NCBI GenBank assembly: GCA_013044175.1
Contig: JABEUY010000055.1
Coordinates: 30,228-94,227, forward strand
DNA length: 64,000 nt
Direction of reading: 5' to 3'
From: Bacilli bacterium
Lineage (GTDB): Bacteria > Bacillota > Bacilli > Alicyclobacillales > SLC66
Of the stretch, positions 44,678 through 54,144 are shown piece after piece. A program made the position numbers and the translations under genes. Every line of letters begins with the position of its first letter. Positions within the stretch are counted from its first letter, which is position 1. The notes under the pieces were generated by a model, which was not told the origin of the DNA, ran no database searches, and saw nothing but the letters and a program-made list of their open reading frames with translations.

Positions 44678-45954
44678 TCGTGCCAAATGACGAATACCCT
44701 GATTTAGCGGTCAATTTTGAGGTTCTAGGTGACGTACAAATCGCAAGGATAGCAGACGAGATCAAGGGTGTCGTGAGCACATACGGACTACCGGGTGCAA
44801 TCGTACTAGGTGTGCCAGTGGCTGGGCTGGACAAGCGTGTGGCATGGTTTCGTCATAATTTGCCAGATGCTAGGCTGTACTTGGCAGGTACAATATCACC
44901 GTTTGCCTTGGCTGGATTGGATATTTCAGGTGTTCTGACCGTTCCGTTGCCCGCTGAATTTGTGAAAGCCGAGAGATCAGGCGAACCGGAGCACGCAGTT
45001 GCACTGCGCATTCAAACGCCAGTCACCACCACCGAACCTGCACCATTGTTGGAACCGACAGGCAAGGATCAGATAATTATGGTCTTTAGCGGTAAGGGCG
45101 GCGAAGGTAAAACCACCGTAGCGGCACAGCTTGGGGTGCTGCTTGCCAAACGCGGCATATCCACACTCATCATTGATGCGGACTACAAGGGTAATCAAGC
45201 CGAGTGGTTCCGAGGCAATGGGCAACCGCCAATACACAGCATTTTGGATTTTCGCGGACGTGGTGACTACAGCGATCGCGCCACGATTGAGAGCTTTTTG
45301 ATTGTGAGAGATGGACTAAAAATTTTACCGTGTCCTCAAACCGAGTCTGGACCAGTGCCATCCGAGGTCTTGGACCGTGCAATTCGAGCGTACAAGCCGT
45401 ATTACTCGATCATCATACTGGACATGCACCAAGGGCTTTCACCGGAACTGCTCACGGCTGCCAAATACGCCAACAAATACGTGGCAGTGACCTTACCGAG
45501 TGACCGCAGATTGTTGTCCTTCGCGACAACCTTGAACCAATTACTTACCCATAAAATTTCCAAGAAGAACCTGCATATCGTGGTCAACCGCGCACATCAT
45601 GGCGAGGCAGACAGCAAAAAAGTTCGTGCTGGGCTGCATGACATTTTGGGCGATGGTTATTCGATGAATTACCACGTATTACCTTATTGTGAGGATTTGA
45701 GTGTCGATGATGATCCTGACTTTGTACCTATTGTGGATATGCGCGGTTCGGAGGCGTATCCTGCCGCATTTATCAAGTTCGCGGAGGCGTTGACCGGGCT
45801 TAAACTGCGCAGCGGTAAAGGCAAGTCGCCTGATAAGCCGGGCGGTAAACCGAGTGGTAAAGCCAAGCCAAGCGGGTTTTTAAGCGGACTGTTCGGCGGT
45901 GGCAAAAAGAAACCTGCCAAGAAAGCAACTAAAGGAGGTAAGGCACGTGGCTAA
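44659..45954 (+). CDS. cpaE: CpaE/TadZ-like ParA/MinD-family ATPase
   Basis: VFSGKGGEGKTTVAAQLG deviant Walker A and LIIDAD. Receiver-like N-terminal domain and a basic K/G-rich tail. Confidence 0.7.
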   Translation: MGQYWLVVPNDEYPDLAVNFEVLGDVQIARIADEIKGVVSTYGLPGAIVLGVPVAGLDKRVAWFRHNLPDARLYLAGTISPFALAGLDISGVLTVPLPAEFVKAERSGEPEHAVALRIQTPVTTTEPAPLLEPTGKDQIIMVFSGKGGEGKTTVAAQLGVLLAKRGISTLIIDADYKGNQAEWFRGNGQPPIHSILDFRGRGDYSDRATIESFLIVRDGLKILPCPQTESGPVPSEVLDRAIRAYKPYYSIIILDMHQGLSPELLTAAKYANKYVAVTLPSDRRLLSFATTLNQLLTHKISKKNLHIVVNRAHHGEADSKKVRAGLHDILGDGYSMNYHVLPYCEDLSVDDDPDFVPIVDMRGSEAYPAAFIKFAEALTGLKLRSGKGKSPDKPGGKPSGKAKPSGFLSGLFGGGKKKPAKKATKGGKARG

Positions 45955-46708
45955 ACGAAAAATCTTGAAGGATCGTCCGGGCGTTGTCTGGTTGCTGGGA
46001 CTCGCGGCTATCGGTCTTGCCACGGCGTATGTGGCAATATCCTCCATTCATGGAGCCGAAAAAATGGTGGTGGTACTTACGGCTGCCAGTACGATACCTG
46101 CGGATACCGTGATCACCAGTGCCGAGGTCACGAGCACGAGCATTTCCGCGTCCGTGGTCCCGCCAAACGCAGTGCAAAACTCACAAGCCATTGTCGGCAA
46201 ATATGCAGATGCCACCATTGCACAGGGAGAGCCGATCTTACAATCAGTTGTTGCACCCGCCACCACCGTTCGCCAGTTGGTGCGCACGTATGGAATGAAT
46301 TTTGTAGGCGCAACGGTGCAACTTGATCCCGCCGACTTGCCGATTACAGATGTGAATCCGGGCGATTTGGTGGATTTGATTGGCGTATATGGCACTCAAA
46401 ACCAGCAGGTCTATACACAGTGGATTGCGCAAGGTGTTCCGGTTCTTGCTATCGACACCACCAATACCAAGATCGTACTTGCCATTCCGCAAGCCGATGC
46501 ACTAGCGTTGGTCAGGGATTTAACGACAGGCAAGGTGCGCGTCATGCTAGACCCGCAGCCGTTTAACGCTGCGAACATGTTTAGGACACAGACGAGTACG
46601 AGCAATGCGTTGCCGAGTGTTAAGGCGGTAAAGGCGGTCAAGGCAGTAAAAACGGTCAAATCTGTGCAGAGTGTTAAGGTGGTCAAGGCAGTCAAGACTA
46701 AAAAATAG
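45947..46708 (+). CDS. cpaB: CpaB/RcpC-like Flp pilus assembly protein (SAF domain)
   Basis: GTG 45947 lies 8 nt after an AAAGGAGG RBS. N-terminal TM, then a SAF-like segment (IPADTVITSAEV..GKYADATIAQGEPIL). C-terminal (VKA)n repeat. Confidence 0.65.
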   Translation: MAKRKILKDRPGVVWLLGLAAIGLATAYVAISSIHGAEKMVVVLTAASTIPADTVITSAEVTSTSISASVVPPNAVQNSQAIVGKYADATIAQGEPILQSVVAPATTVRQLVRTYGMNFVGATVQLDPADLPITDVNPGDLVDLIGVYGTQNQQVYTQWIAQGVPVLAIDTTNTKIVLAIPQADALALVRDLTTGKVRVMLDPQPFNAANMFRTQTSTSNALPSVKAVKAVKAVKTVKSVQSVKVVKAVKTKK

Positions 46709-46749
46709 TCCCCCAAGCCCTTCTCTAGTACACAGAGAGGGGCTTTTTT
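46702..46749 (+). promoter_or_regulatory. ICE intercistronic box-hairpin module, copy 15
   Basis: Box AAAATAGTCCCCC contains the TAG stop; stem AAGCCCTTCTCT/AGAGAGGGGCTT; TTTT; ATG 46750. Confidence 0.7.
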
Positions 46750-46917
46750 ATGTCTGATATTCCGTATTTCTTCAAATCGCCAGATGAGCCGCAGCTAAAG
46801 GCTATTTTGTCATTCTACGAGCAGGACAAGTTGCACGAGGTATTTACAGCCAGCCGCGACGAGTGCCGGGAATGGAGCGACGAGTTTCTAGCGGCGAGAC
46901 AGGAACAGGAGGAATGA
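46750..46917 (+). CDS. small hypothetical protein (55 aa)
   Basis: Starts at the module-defined ATG. Its TGA overlaps the next ATG (ATGA). Below the ORF-track length cutoff. Confidence 0.45.
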   Translation: MSDIPYFFKSPDEPQLKAILSFYEQDKLHEVFTASRDECREWSDEFLAARQEQEE

Positions 46918-47432
46918 TAGCCGTGTTTTTGAAGGAACTGGAAGCCGTAATATTGCCGTGGTGGTTGTTGGCGGTATTGCTCACTGGGGATGCAGGGGCG
47001 TGGCACTACCCGCTACTAATCGCCGCGCTCTACATCGTATTCACAGAAATTCGCTACCGTATGGCAGTACAGGAAAGCCGATCCACAGGCTTTCAACGCA
47101 TGATGCGTATGCCGATTGCACCTTGGCTTTTACGCGCTGTCTTGTGGCGGCGAATGACAATCCCGCGTGGGATGAAGTGCTACACGATTCATGTGCATGG
47201 TGCGCCTGAATCAGCTAAGGGCTTTGTCCGGGAACTTCGAGCGGATATGGCAGTAGCCAATCGTGAGCAAGCCGTTTATGTCGGCAACACGTTTTACGAT
47301 CTAGGCGAGTGGGCTGTACGGCAGTTGGGGCAGGAGCGAGTGCAGATCACAGATGGGGCGTTGTTTGGGCGATGGTTGCAGACTTGGAAAGCACCTGATG
47401 AACTTTGGAGAATCATAATAATAAACACATAG
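46914..47432 (+). CDS. membrane hypothetical protein
   Basis: MIAVFLKELEAVILPWWLLAVLL. Coupled start inside ORF 46863. Confidence 0.45.
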   Translation: MIAVFLKELEAVILPWWLLAVLLTGDAGAWHYPLLIAALYIVFTEIRYRMAVQESRSTGFQRMMRMPIAPWLLRAVLWRRMTIPRGMKCYTIHVHGAPESAKGFVRELRADMAVANREQAVYVGNTFYDLGEWAVRQLGQERVQITDGALFGRWLQTWKAPDELWRIIIINT

Positions 47433-47444
47433 CCGGATGAGTAA

Positions 47445-47765
47445 GTGCGCGGACATATTGTATGGTGTAGTGTTAATGCGCGGCGGCATGGGCGTTTTCT
47501 ATACGGTGAAAGTCCAGAATGGTGAAGGTAGCAGTAGCAATGAGTTTAAGCCGAGGGTGTCCATCGTGAGGTGGAATCTGAAGCAAGGTGACAGTTCAAG
47601 ATCAATAAACAACGTCAGTTTCTGGATAGTATGATTAGCACAGTAACAGTTTCATATTGAGATTAGCAGCGTAAACTGGCCCATGCGTGGCTACGGTGGG
47701 TAAGGGGCAGCATGGTACTGCGAAACCAGTGGAAGGTTTTGGACCGCAGAAAACATTGCAAGAGT
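47445..47765 (+). mobile_element. group II intron 5' fragment (domain I only, no RT ORF)
   Basis: Begins GTGCGC. Contains GGTGAAAGTCC..GGTGAAGG..CCGAGGGTGTCCATCGTGAGGTGGAATCTGAAGCAAG, which is typical of bacterial group II intron domain I. It ends where the GC content drops. Confidence 0.6.
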
Positions 47766-48103
47766 TAAAAGACATATTTGTGCTGTATGTTATTCGCTTT
47801 TATGGAAGCTTGCCATATTGGGAAAAACCCTGTATTGGCGGGCTTTTTTCTTCGTTTGAGTTCGTTTGAAATCCTCTGAAATATTCCGTATTTCAATCTG
47901 TTCGCACATATTTCCGCACACAAAAACTTTCCGCAAGAACATAAATATGATTCTATTGCGAAAACTCCTTGTGTGAAATATGGTGTAAGTCACTGAGCAC
48001 ATACTGAATAATTATCATCAACTATTTTTTTGTAGAAGAATCATTGTATTTGTTCGCCCCGTAGAATATAATAAAGTGTATTATAATTCTGGGGTGATTT
48101 CAA

Positions 48104-48286
48104 ATGGGATATATGACCGCTAGTCAAGCCGCAGAAAAATGGAATTTATCTCAAAGGCGGGTACAGGTACTTTGCTCACAAGATAGGATTCATGGAGTAT
48201 TTAAGCTTGGTGATAATTGGGCTATACCGGATGATGCAGAAAAACCTCAACACAATAGCAAAAAGAAGGAATTAGCAGAAAAATGA
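48104..48286 (+). CDS. small HTH DNA-binding protein (possible controller of the R-M cassette)
   Basis: 60 aa: SQAAEKWNLSQRRVQVLCSQDRI. Its end overlaps the methylase start. Confidence 0.5.
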   Translation: MGYMTASQAAEKWNLSQRRVQVLCSQDRIHGVFKLGDNWAIPDDAEKPQHNSKKKELAEK

Positions 48287-49383
48287 TAAGTAAGAAATTC
48301 ACTGTAATAGATTTGTTTTGTGGTTGTGGAGGCTTTTCTAAGGGATTTGAGCAAGCCGGCTTCAACGTGAAATTGGGGATTGATTCATGGATGGATGCAA
48401 TTGTTACCTACCAAAATAATTTTCCTGCAGCTAAAACTATTAATGAGGATATTTCTCAAATTAGTGGTCAACAAATTCTAAATTCACTCAATATGGAAGC
48501 GGGTGAAATCGATGTTGTCATTGGTGGTCCGCCGTGTCAGGGGTTTTCTGTCTCAGGAAAACGAATGATTGATGATCCAAGAAATAAACTATATAAAACA
48601 TTCGTAGATATTGTAAGTTATATTAAACCCAAAATGTTTGTGATGGAAAATGTACCAGGACTTATGCGATTGTTTGGGGGAGCAGTAAAAGACAGTGTGC
48701 TGCAAGATTTTTCGAGTTTAGGTTATTCTGTTGAACTAAAATTATTATCAGCTGATAATTATGGAGTTCCGCAACATCGAAACCGCATATTTTTTGTGGG
48801 AATCAATAAGGATAAAATATTTCAAACGAGCAGATTTATTTTTCCCATACCTTCGTTTGGTGAAGATGAACGTCTGCAGCCATTTGTCACCTGTAAGGAC
48901 GCAATTTCCGACTTGGATTTTATATCTGATTCAGTGTTAGGTGAAGATTGTATTGATTATCAGATCTCACCACAAAACGATTTTCAGTTAAAAATGCGTA
49001 ATGACAGTTGCAACTTGTATAATCATGTAACAACTATTCATACAGAGCAAACCAAAAGAATTATTGCGATGGTCCCTGATGGAGGGAATTATAAAAGCTT
49101 ACCAAAAGAACTTTGGAATACTAGGAAGGTTAATATCGCTTGGACAAGAATGAATAGTCAAAGACCTTCTTTTACAATTGACACTGGGCATAATCATCAT
49201 TTTCATTATCTCGCCAACAGAGTTCCAACAGTAAGAGAATCCGCAAGAATTCAATCATTCCCAGATACATTTAAGTTTATTGGTATTAAAACAAGCCAAC
49301 TTAAACAAGTTGGAAATGCCGTTCCTCCTTTGCTTGCCGAAGCCATTGCTACTGAAGTATTTAAAACATTAGAAAGGGGTTAG
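48283..49383 (+). CDS. DNA (cytosine-5) methyltransferase
   Basis: Motifs FCGCGG, GGPPCQGFS, ENV, QHRNRIFFVG and GNAVPP. Confidence 0.9.
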   Translation: MISKKFTVIDLFCGCGGFSKGFEQAGFNVKLGIDSWMDAIVTYQNNFPAAKTINEDISQISGQQILNSLNMEAGEIDVVIGGPPCQGFSVSGKRMIDDPRNKLYKTFVDIVSYIKPKMFVMENVPGLMRLFGGAVKDSVLQDFSSLGYSVELKLLSADNYGVPQHRNRIFFVGINKDKIFQTSRFIFPIPSFGEDERLQPFVTCKDAISDLDFISDSVLGEDCIDYQISPQNDFQLKMRNDSCNLYNHVTTIHTEQTKRIIAMVPDGGNYKSLPKELWNTRKVNIAWTRMNSQRPSFTIDTGHNHHFHYLANRVPTVRESARIQSFPDTFKFIGIKTSQLKQVGNAVPPLLAEAIATEVFKTLERG

Positions 49384-49388
49384 CTTAT

Positions 49389-50801
49389 ATGTTTGACCAT
49401 ACTAAGCAATTTCGTTGTGATATTGTACGTGGAAAAACGCTAAAAGAGATTGATAATATTTTACCTGCATATGCAAAGATCATAAACGATACCTGTCCTT
49501 GCACAGAAAAAGAGTTTAATGATAAATTCAATGAGGCCCTAAAAGCATATTTGCCTACAAACATAAGTCCGACCTTAAAGACTTTAAATAATCATCGTAG
49601 TGAAATAGCTGGAAAGCTTTTTGGCATGTACTACAAAGAGCCGAGCCTAGATGATGGAGATGTATATGTCCATATATCCGAAAGGACATTAAAGTTTATA
49701 GAAGATAATGATCAACCGGCATTTTTTAAAGATGTTTGCTTCAGAATGCAGTTTCCAAATGGGATGACCAAATTGCAAAAACTTAAAGAAAGAATTGAAA
49801 TGGAAATTAATGTACGCCCTAATTCGTATGTTCTCAAAGTATTATCCTGTGCAAAGGACAAAAATGTAATTATAACAAATACCGACATTGGATATTATGT
49901 ATTAAATGCTCTTGAAGTTTTACAATCTAAAGCTGATCCAATGGAGATTGTTAATGAAATAATAAACGACAAAGATAAAAGAATAATTCGAAAAATCTGC
50001 ACTAAAAAGAAAGCTTCTTCGTGGAATATGCAACATATAAATGAACAACTGAACTACTTAGAATTATCAAATCTAATTACTGTAAATTCTGACGGAATAA
50101 TAGAATTAAATCCTCATGAAGCTAAAGTGATCAAACTATTTGCTGATTTATGGAATCAAAAACCTGAATTCGATGTTTATTCATATCAGCTTACTACAAA
50201 AGCTGAGCGTAAGAAATTTTTTTATGATTGGGATAAGTATTTTTCTCACATTAGTAGCAAATCAGTTGAGCTTGCCACGACAATTTCTTCGTTAGGCATA
50301 CACATGATTGAAAAGTCATCTGTTACAGAACCAAAAGGCAACTCAGTTGAGTTCGGTGATGAGGGCGAGATGTACGTCTATCAGTATGAGAAAGAACGTG
50401 TGCGTTCTTTTGATACTCGTCTTGCAAATAAGGTTGTTCATTTAGGCAAAACAAGAGGTTTGGGGTATGATATTCAATCTGTTATTGCTGAAAAAGGTAA
50501 TATGGCTGAATTTGTTAAATATATAGAGGTTAAATCTACGAAGCGTGTAACTGAGCCAGATATTCAAGATAGCGCATGGATAGATACACTGAATATCACA
50601 CGAAATGAATGGATTGCTGCTCAACAGCACAAGGATTTTTACTCAATTTATAGAGTTTATTTTATTCGTGGAAATATCATAATGTACGTTATAAAAAATG
50701 TTTGTCAGAAAGAAAAGGATGGTCTTTTAAAAGTAGTTCCTATGACGTATAGAGTAGACTTTGGCAATTCAGCAATAGATTACGCTTTGCCACAGAAATA
50801 G
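49389..50801 (+). CDS. candidate restriction endonuclease (C-terminal DUF3883-like PD-(D/E)xK domain)
   Basis: Sandwiched between two m5C methylases. C-terminal GDEGEMYVYQYEKERV..GYDIQS..YIEVKST..ITRNEW..YSIYRVY pattern. Confidence 0.5.
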   Translation: MFDHTKQFRCDIVRGKTLKEIDNILPAYAKIINDTCPCTEKEFNDKFNEALKAYLPTNISPTLKTLNNHRSEIAGKLFGMYYKEPSLDDGDVYVHISERTLKFIEDNDQPAFFKDVCFRMQFPNGMTKLQKLKERIEMEINVRPNSYVLKVLSCAKDKNVIITNTDIGYYVLNALEVLQSKADPMEIVNEIINDKDKRIIRKICTKKKASSWNMQHINEQLNYLELSNLITVNSDGIIELNPHEAKVIKLFADLWNQKPEFDVYSYQLTTKAERKKFFYDWDKYFSHISSKSVELATTISSLGIHMIEKSSVTEPKGNSVEFGDEGEMYVYQYEKERVRSFDTRLANKVVHLGKTRGLGYDIQSVIAEKGNMAEFVKYIEVKSTKRVTEPDIQDSAWIDTLNITRNEWIAAQQHKDFYSIYRVYFIRGNIIMYVIKNVCQKEKDGLLKVVPMTYRVDFGNSAIDYALPQK

Positions 50802-50813
50802 TAGGAGGCTAAT

Positions 50814-51785
50814 ATGTTTAAAGTAGTTTCGTTATTTTCAGGTTGTGGAGGAGCAGATCAGGGCATTTTAGGGAATTTTAGGTTTAATAGTAAAAGATAC
50901 ACTAAATTGCCTTTTGAATTAGTCTATGCATTAGATATAGATGAAAAAGCATTAAATACTCACAAGAAGAATTTTCGTTGCAAAAATGTGGTGTGTGGTG
51001 ACATATGCGACATACCATCAGATGATATTCCCAATCATGATGTATTGGTTGGTGGATTTCCTTGCCAATCTTTTAGTACTGTGAATCCTACTAAAAATCC
51101 TTTTGATGATAGGGCAGATCTGTATAAGCAAATGGTGAGAATTGCACAGGATAAACAACCAAAGATATTTATTGCCGAAAATGTAAAGGGGTTTATGACT
51201 TTATATGGAGGTAAAATATTTCATAATGTTATTTCCGATTTTGAAAATGCTGGGTACAAAACATATCCCATGTTAATTAATGCTGCTGATTACGGTGTTC
51301 CTCAAAAAAGAGAAAGAGTTATTATCATTGGAGTTAGAAATGATATCCATCATGAATTTTGTTTTCCGATCAAACCGTTTCTGGATAACTGGGTGCCATT
51401 ATCTGTCGCTGTATCTCAGCTTGCAATAGAAGAAGAAAAGTATTATTTTTCAAAACGTGCTGTAGAAGGAATGAAGAGAGCAAAAACCAATATGAAGCGA
51501 GGGTTAGCACAAAAACTAAATGAACCATGCCTCACAGTCACAAGCCATTTGGCAAAAGTAAGCTTAAATTCTCGTGATCCAGTCTTATTGGTTGATCCTG
51601 ATAAAGAACTTTATAGGCGTTTTACGCCACGAGAAGCAGCACGTATTCAATCATTCCCAGATAGTTTTGAGTTTGTAGGATCAGAAGCAGACGCTTACAG
51701 ACAAATTGGAAACGCCATTCCTCCTGTTATGTTTTGGCACGTTGCTAAAGCTGTGGCTGAATTATTAAATAAAGTCACAATCTAA
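50814..51785 (+). CDS. DNA (cytosine-5) methyltransferase (second)
   Basis: Motifs FSGCGG, GGFPCQSFS, ENVKG, QKRERVIIIG and GNAIPP. Confidence 0.9.
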   Translation: MFKVVSLFSGCGGADQGILGNFRFNSKRYTKLPFELVYALDIDEKALNTHKKNFRCKNVVCGDICDIPSDDIPNHDVLVGGFPCQSFSTVNPTKNPFDDRADLYKQMVRIAQDKQPKIFIAENVKGFMTLYGGKIFHNVISDFENAGYKTYPMLINAADYGVPQKRERVIIIGVRNDIHHEFCFPIKPFLDNWVPLSVAVSQLAIEEEKYYFSKRAVEGMKRAKTNMKRGLAQKLNEPCLTVTSHLAKVSLNSRDPVLLVDPDKELYRRFTPREAARIQSFPDSFEFVGSEADAYRQIGNAIPPVMFWHVAKAVAELLNKVTI

Positions 51786-51903
51786 CTCTACAAAAGGGAT
51801 TGTAAAAATCTGAAAATCGGTAAGCATCAAACTCGCCACACCTAGCCACTAGCTCACCCACCTGAGATAATCTCCTCATAAGTTATGGAGGAGGCATAGA
51901 GTC

Positions 51904-52047
51904 ATGACGCAACAAGAACTGCGAAAACAATGGGAGACACGTGTCCGCGATTTTCGTGCGAGTGGTCAAAGTGCTGTTTCGTGGTGTGCGGATCACCAAC
52001 TAAAAACGCATCAATTAGTGTACTGGATTAAACAATGTGACAATTAA
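51904..52047 (+). CDS. IS66-family accessory TnpA-like HTH ORF (remnant)
   Basis: 47 aa: RVRDFRASGQSAVSWCADHQLKTHQLVYW, the pattern of IS66 orf1 proteins. Confidence 0.45.
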   Translation: MTQQELRKQWETRVRDFRASGQSAVSWCADHQLKTHQLVYWIKQCDN

Positions 52048-52084
52048 GTTCGCGCGAATATAATCGAAAATGTTGGCTATTTCA

Positions 52085-52235
52085 AATACTCCGCGGGGTT
52101 CGAAAGCCAGCACGATCACGTATAGTATCGTAGAGACCGCCAAGGAAAACGGGTCAGATTCGCTCACATACCGCGGATGTCGTACTCCCTCCACGCCGAT
52201 AACCCTCACCCAATCTACAGTATAAATGGCACTCA
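52085..52235 (+). pseudogene. IS66-family transposase C-terminal remnant
   Basis: Translates to TPRGSKASTITYSIVETAKENG, matching the conserved IS66 Tnp C-terminus. The rest of the gene is absent. Confidence 0.5.
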
Positions 52236-52583
52236 CTAAGAACGATAGGTGGGTGCTATTTGACGCTTACTGATCACGATGATCTACATGATCGGAGCCA
52301 AACTGGCCCTATAAAAAAAACACAACCGGTATAGGAAGCGCCACCGATCACCTGTCCGACTGTGCTCCTGTCCAATGCTTCTTTCATAGTCTTACACAAA
52401 TGCAGAATGAATAGCTAGTCCGCCGATCATTGTAGATGGCGAGGAGCCAATATTCGCCATTCCAATCACACTTGCTGTTCTAAAGGGATAGTCACATCAA
52501 AAAATTGGTTGATATCGGTAGAATTAAGTGCTATTTTATTACTTGTCAGTAAAAATCACGAATCGAAGAAAGGGTGTTTTACT

Positions 52584-53543
52584 TTGAAAGGATTTCGAGT
52601 AGTAGCAGGAACGACCTTGATATCATTAGTACTTACCACTGTATTTGTCGCACCATCTTTTGCTAAGTCTGTCGCTCATCCATATAATGCGGTGCGAGCG
52701 ACTTTGGTGAAGAATGTGAATGTTTCTGGCACGACAATGGTTGAAGCATCGGATGGAACGATGTACGTTGAGACTTTGCAAGGCAACGTTGTTAAATTGA
52801 CTGCAGATGGTGGTATTGAGGGGATTGCTCAAACTGGATTCTTATCTAATAGCGGTCTTCAGTTGTCGTCCGATGGGCAAACATTGTCTGCATCGGGAAA
52901 GGGGCAATTCGGAGAATTCACAATGTATCTTGGGTCGAGAAGTTACCAAGAATCTATAGGTACTGATACTATCAATACAGCATCTATGTCTGTAACAAAT
53001 AGTATCGATCGTGGTTTGTATGATATAACGTCACCAGACGGAAACACAGGCTATTCTTTAGACACTTTTGACAGTAGTGGTACTGTTACAGAAGAGGCAA
53101 TTAACAATAACGGTACTTCTGGTAGTTACAGTTCTTCGTTACTATTGAATACCGGGAATAATTACGATATGCAAATCTCTCCAGACGATAGTACGCTGTA
53201 CATTGACAACAATGATGATGTACTTAATTACAATATTGTAGAATTTAATACAGTTGCCGATACATTTCAATCGGAGAATGTGGTGGGTGGGTATGAAGGC
53301 ATGATCTTATCCTCAGATGGCTCCACGCTCTATCTCACGAATTGGGGTAGTCACCCTAAAATTCTTACGTTCTCTACAGCCAGCAAAAGTGTAACCGGAA
53401 ATCCCATTACTGGGTACTACCTTCCTAAAAATGATCCTGCAGATGCTAATAGTTTGGATCTCGGTGGTTCTTTATTATATGCATCTGGGAACATTAATGG
53501 TCAACAATCAGTGGCTGTTGTTAATATGTCACAAAAAAGGTAG
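52584..53543 (+). CDS. secreted beta-propeller-like protein (low GC cargo)
   Basis: TTG 52584 follows an AAAGGGTG RBS. Signal peptide ..APSFA/KS. Repeated S.DG.TLY motifs. Confidence 0.5.
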   Translation: MKGFRVVAGTTLISLVLTTVFVAPSFAKSVAHPYNAVRATLVKNVNVSGTTMVEASDGTMYVETLQGNVVKLTADGGIEGIAQTGFLSNSGLQLSSDGQTLSASGKGQFGEFTMYLGSRSYQESIGTDTINTASMSVTNSIDRGLYDITSPDGNTGYSLDTFDSSGTVTEEAINNNGTSGSYSSSLLLNTGNNYDMQISPDDSTLYIDNNDDVLNYNIVEFNTVADTFQSENVVGGYEGMILSSDGSTLYLTNWGSHPKILTFSTASKSVTGNPITGYYLPKNDPADANSLDLGGSLLYASGNINGQQSVAVVNMSQKR

Positions 53544-53551
53544 AAGGAGCT

Positions 53552-54112
53552 GTGATAAACAAGAATTTCAAACATATTGATGCGATTGATGTCTCCAATA
53601 ATGGTTCGAGGTTGGATGTGCTCACGGATAATGGCTTATACATATACAACGTTTCGTTCGCGACACCTGTAATCCACTCCTATTCCCCTAGAATGCAGAA
53701 GGCAGTGATTTCGCTCAATGGTCAAATCATCTCACGACCCTATCGCACGGTCATAAACGGGGCTAACTATCTACCAATTTCATCAGTAGAAAGCTTATTG
53801 CATAGGATTGGAATTACTGCGGTGTGGAATGGTAGTACAAAAGTGTGGTCTATGACCATATCAGCCAAACCTAGCGGTTCACTATCGATAGATGGGAAGA
53901 CAGGCTCAGCGGCGATTCGTGTAAATGGGCAAACGGTCGAAAATCATGTGCCTATCACTGTGTTAAAAGATCCATCAACAGGAGTAGAAAGCGTATATAT
54001 GCCAGTTTGGTTTATTCAGCAAACGCTCAATAATATCGGATTTAAGCCCAGTACTGACATATGGATTAGTGGTTCTTCGACACCAATATGGACATTATAT
54101 TGGTCTAAATAA
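53552..54112 (+). CDS. copper-amine-oxidase-N-terminal-like domain protein
   Basis: GAAGGAG RBS. YLPISSVESLLHRIGITAVWNGSTKVWS and DPSTGVESVYMPVWF repeats, related to 16834..17472. Confidence 0.5.
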   Translation: MINKNFKHIDAIDVSNNGSRLDVLTDNGLYIYNVSFATPVIHSYSPRMQKAVISLNGQIISRPYRTVINGANYLPISSVESLLHRIGITAVWNGSTKVWSMTISAKPSGSLSIDGKTGSAAIRVNGQTVENHVPITVLKDPSTGVESVYMPVWFIQQTLNNIGFKPSTDIWISGSSTPIWTLYWSK

Positions 54113-54144
54113 ACAAATGGTCGAACGTTTGTTTGAAACTGTTT

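Noticed and set aside
47500-47530. GGTGAAAGTCC as the core of a cobalamin riboswitch
   Set aside because: The rest of the B12 consensus is absent. The segment begins with GTGCG and continues with a group II domain I-like sequence. No downstream transporter or biosynthesis gene is present.
47437-47869. ORFs 47437..47634 and 47687..47869 as possible intron-encoded proteins
   Set aside because: They have no reverse-transcriptase motifs (no YADD) and are short. They lie within or just after the structured domain I RNA.
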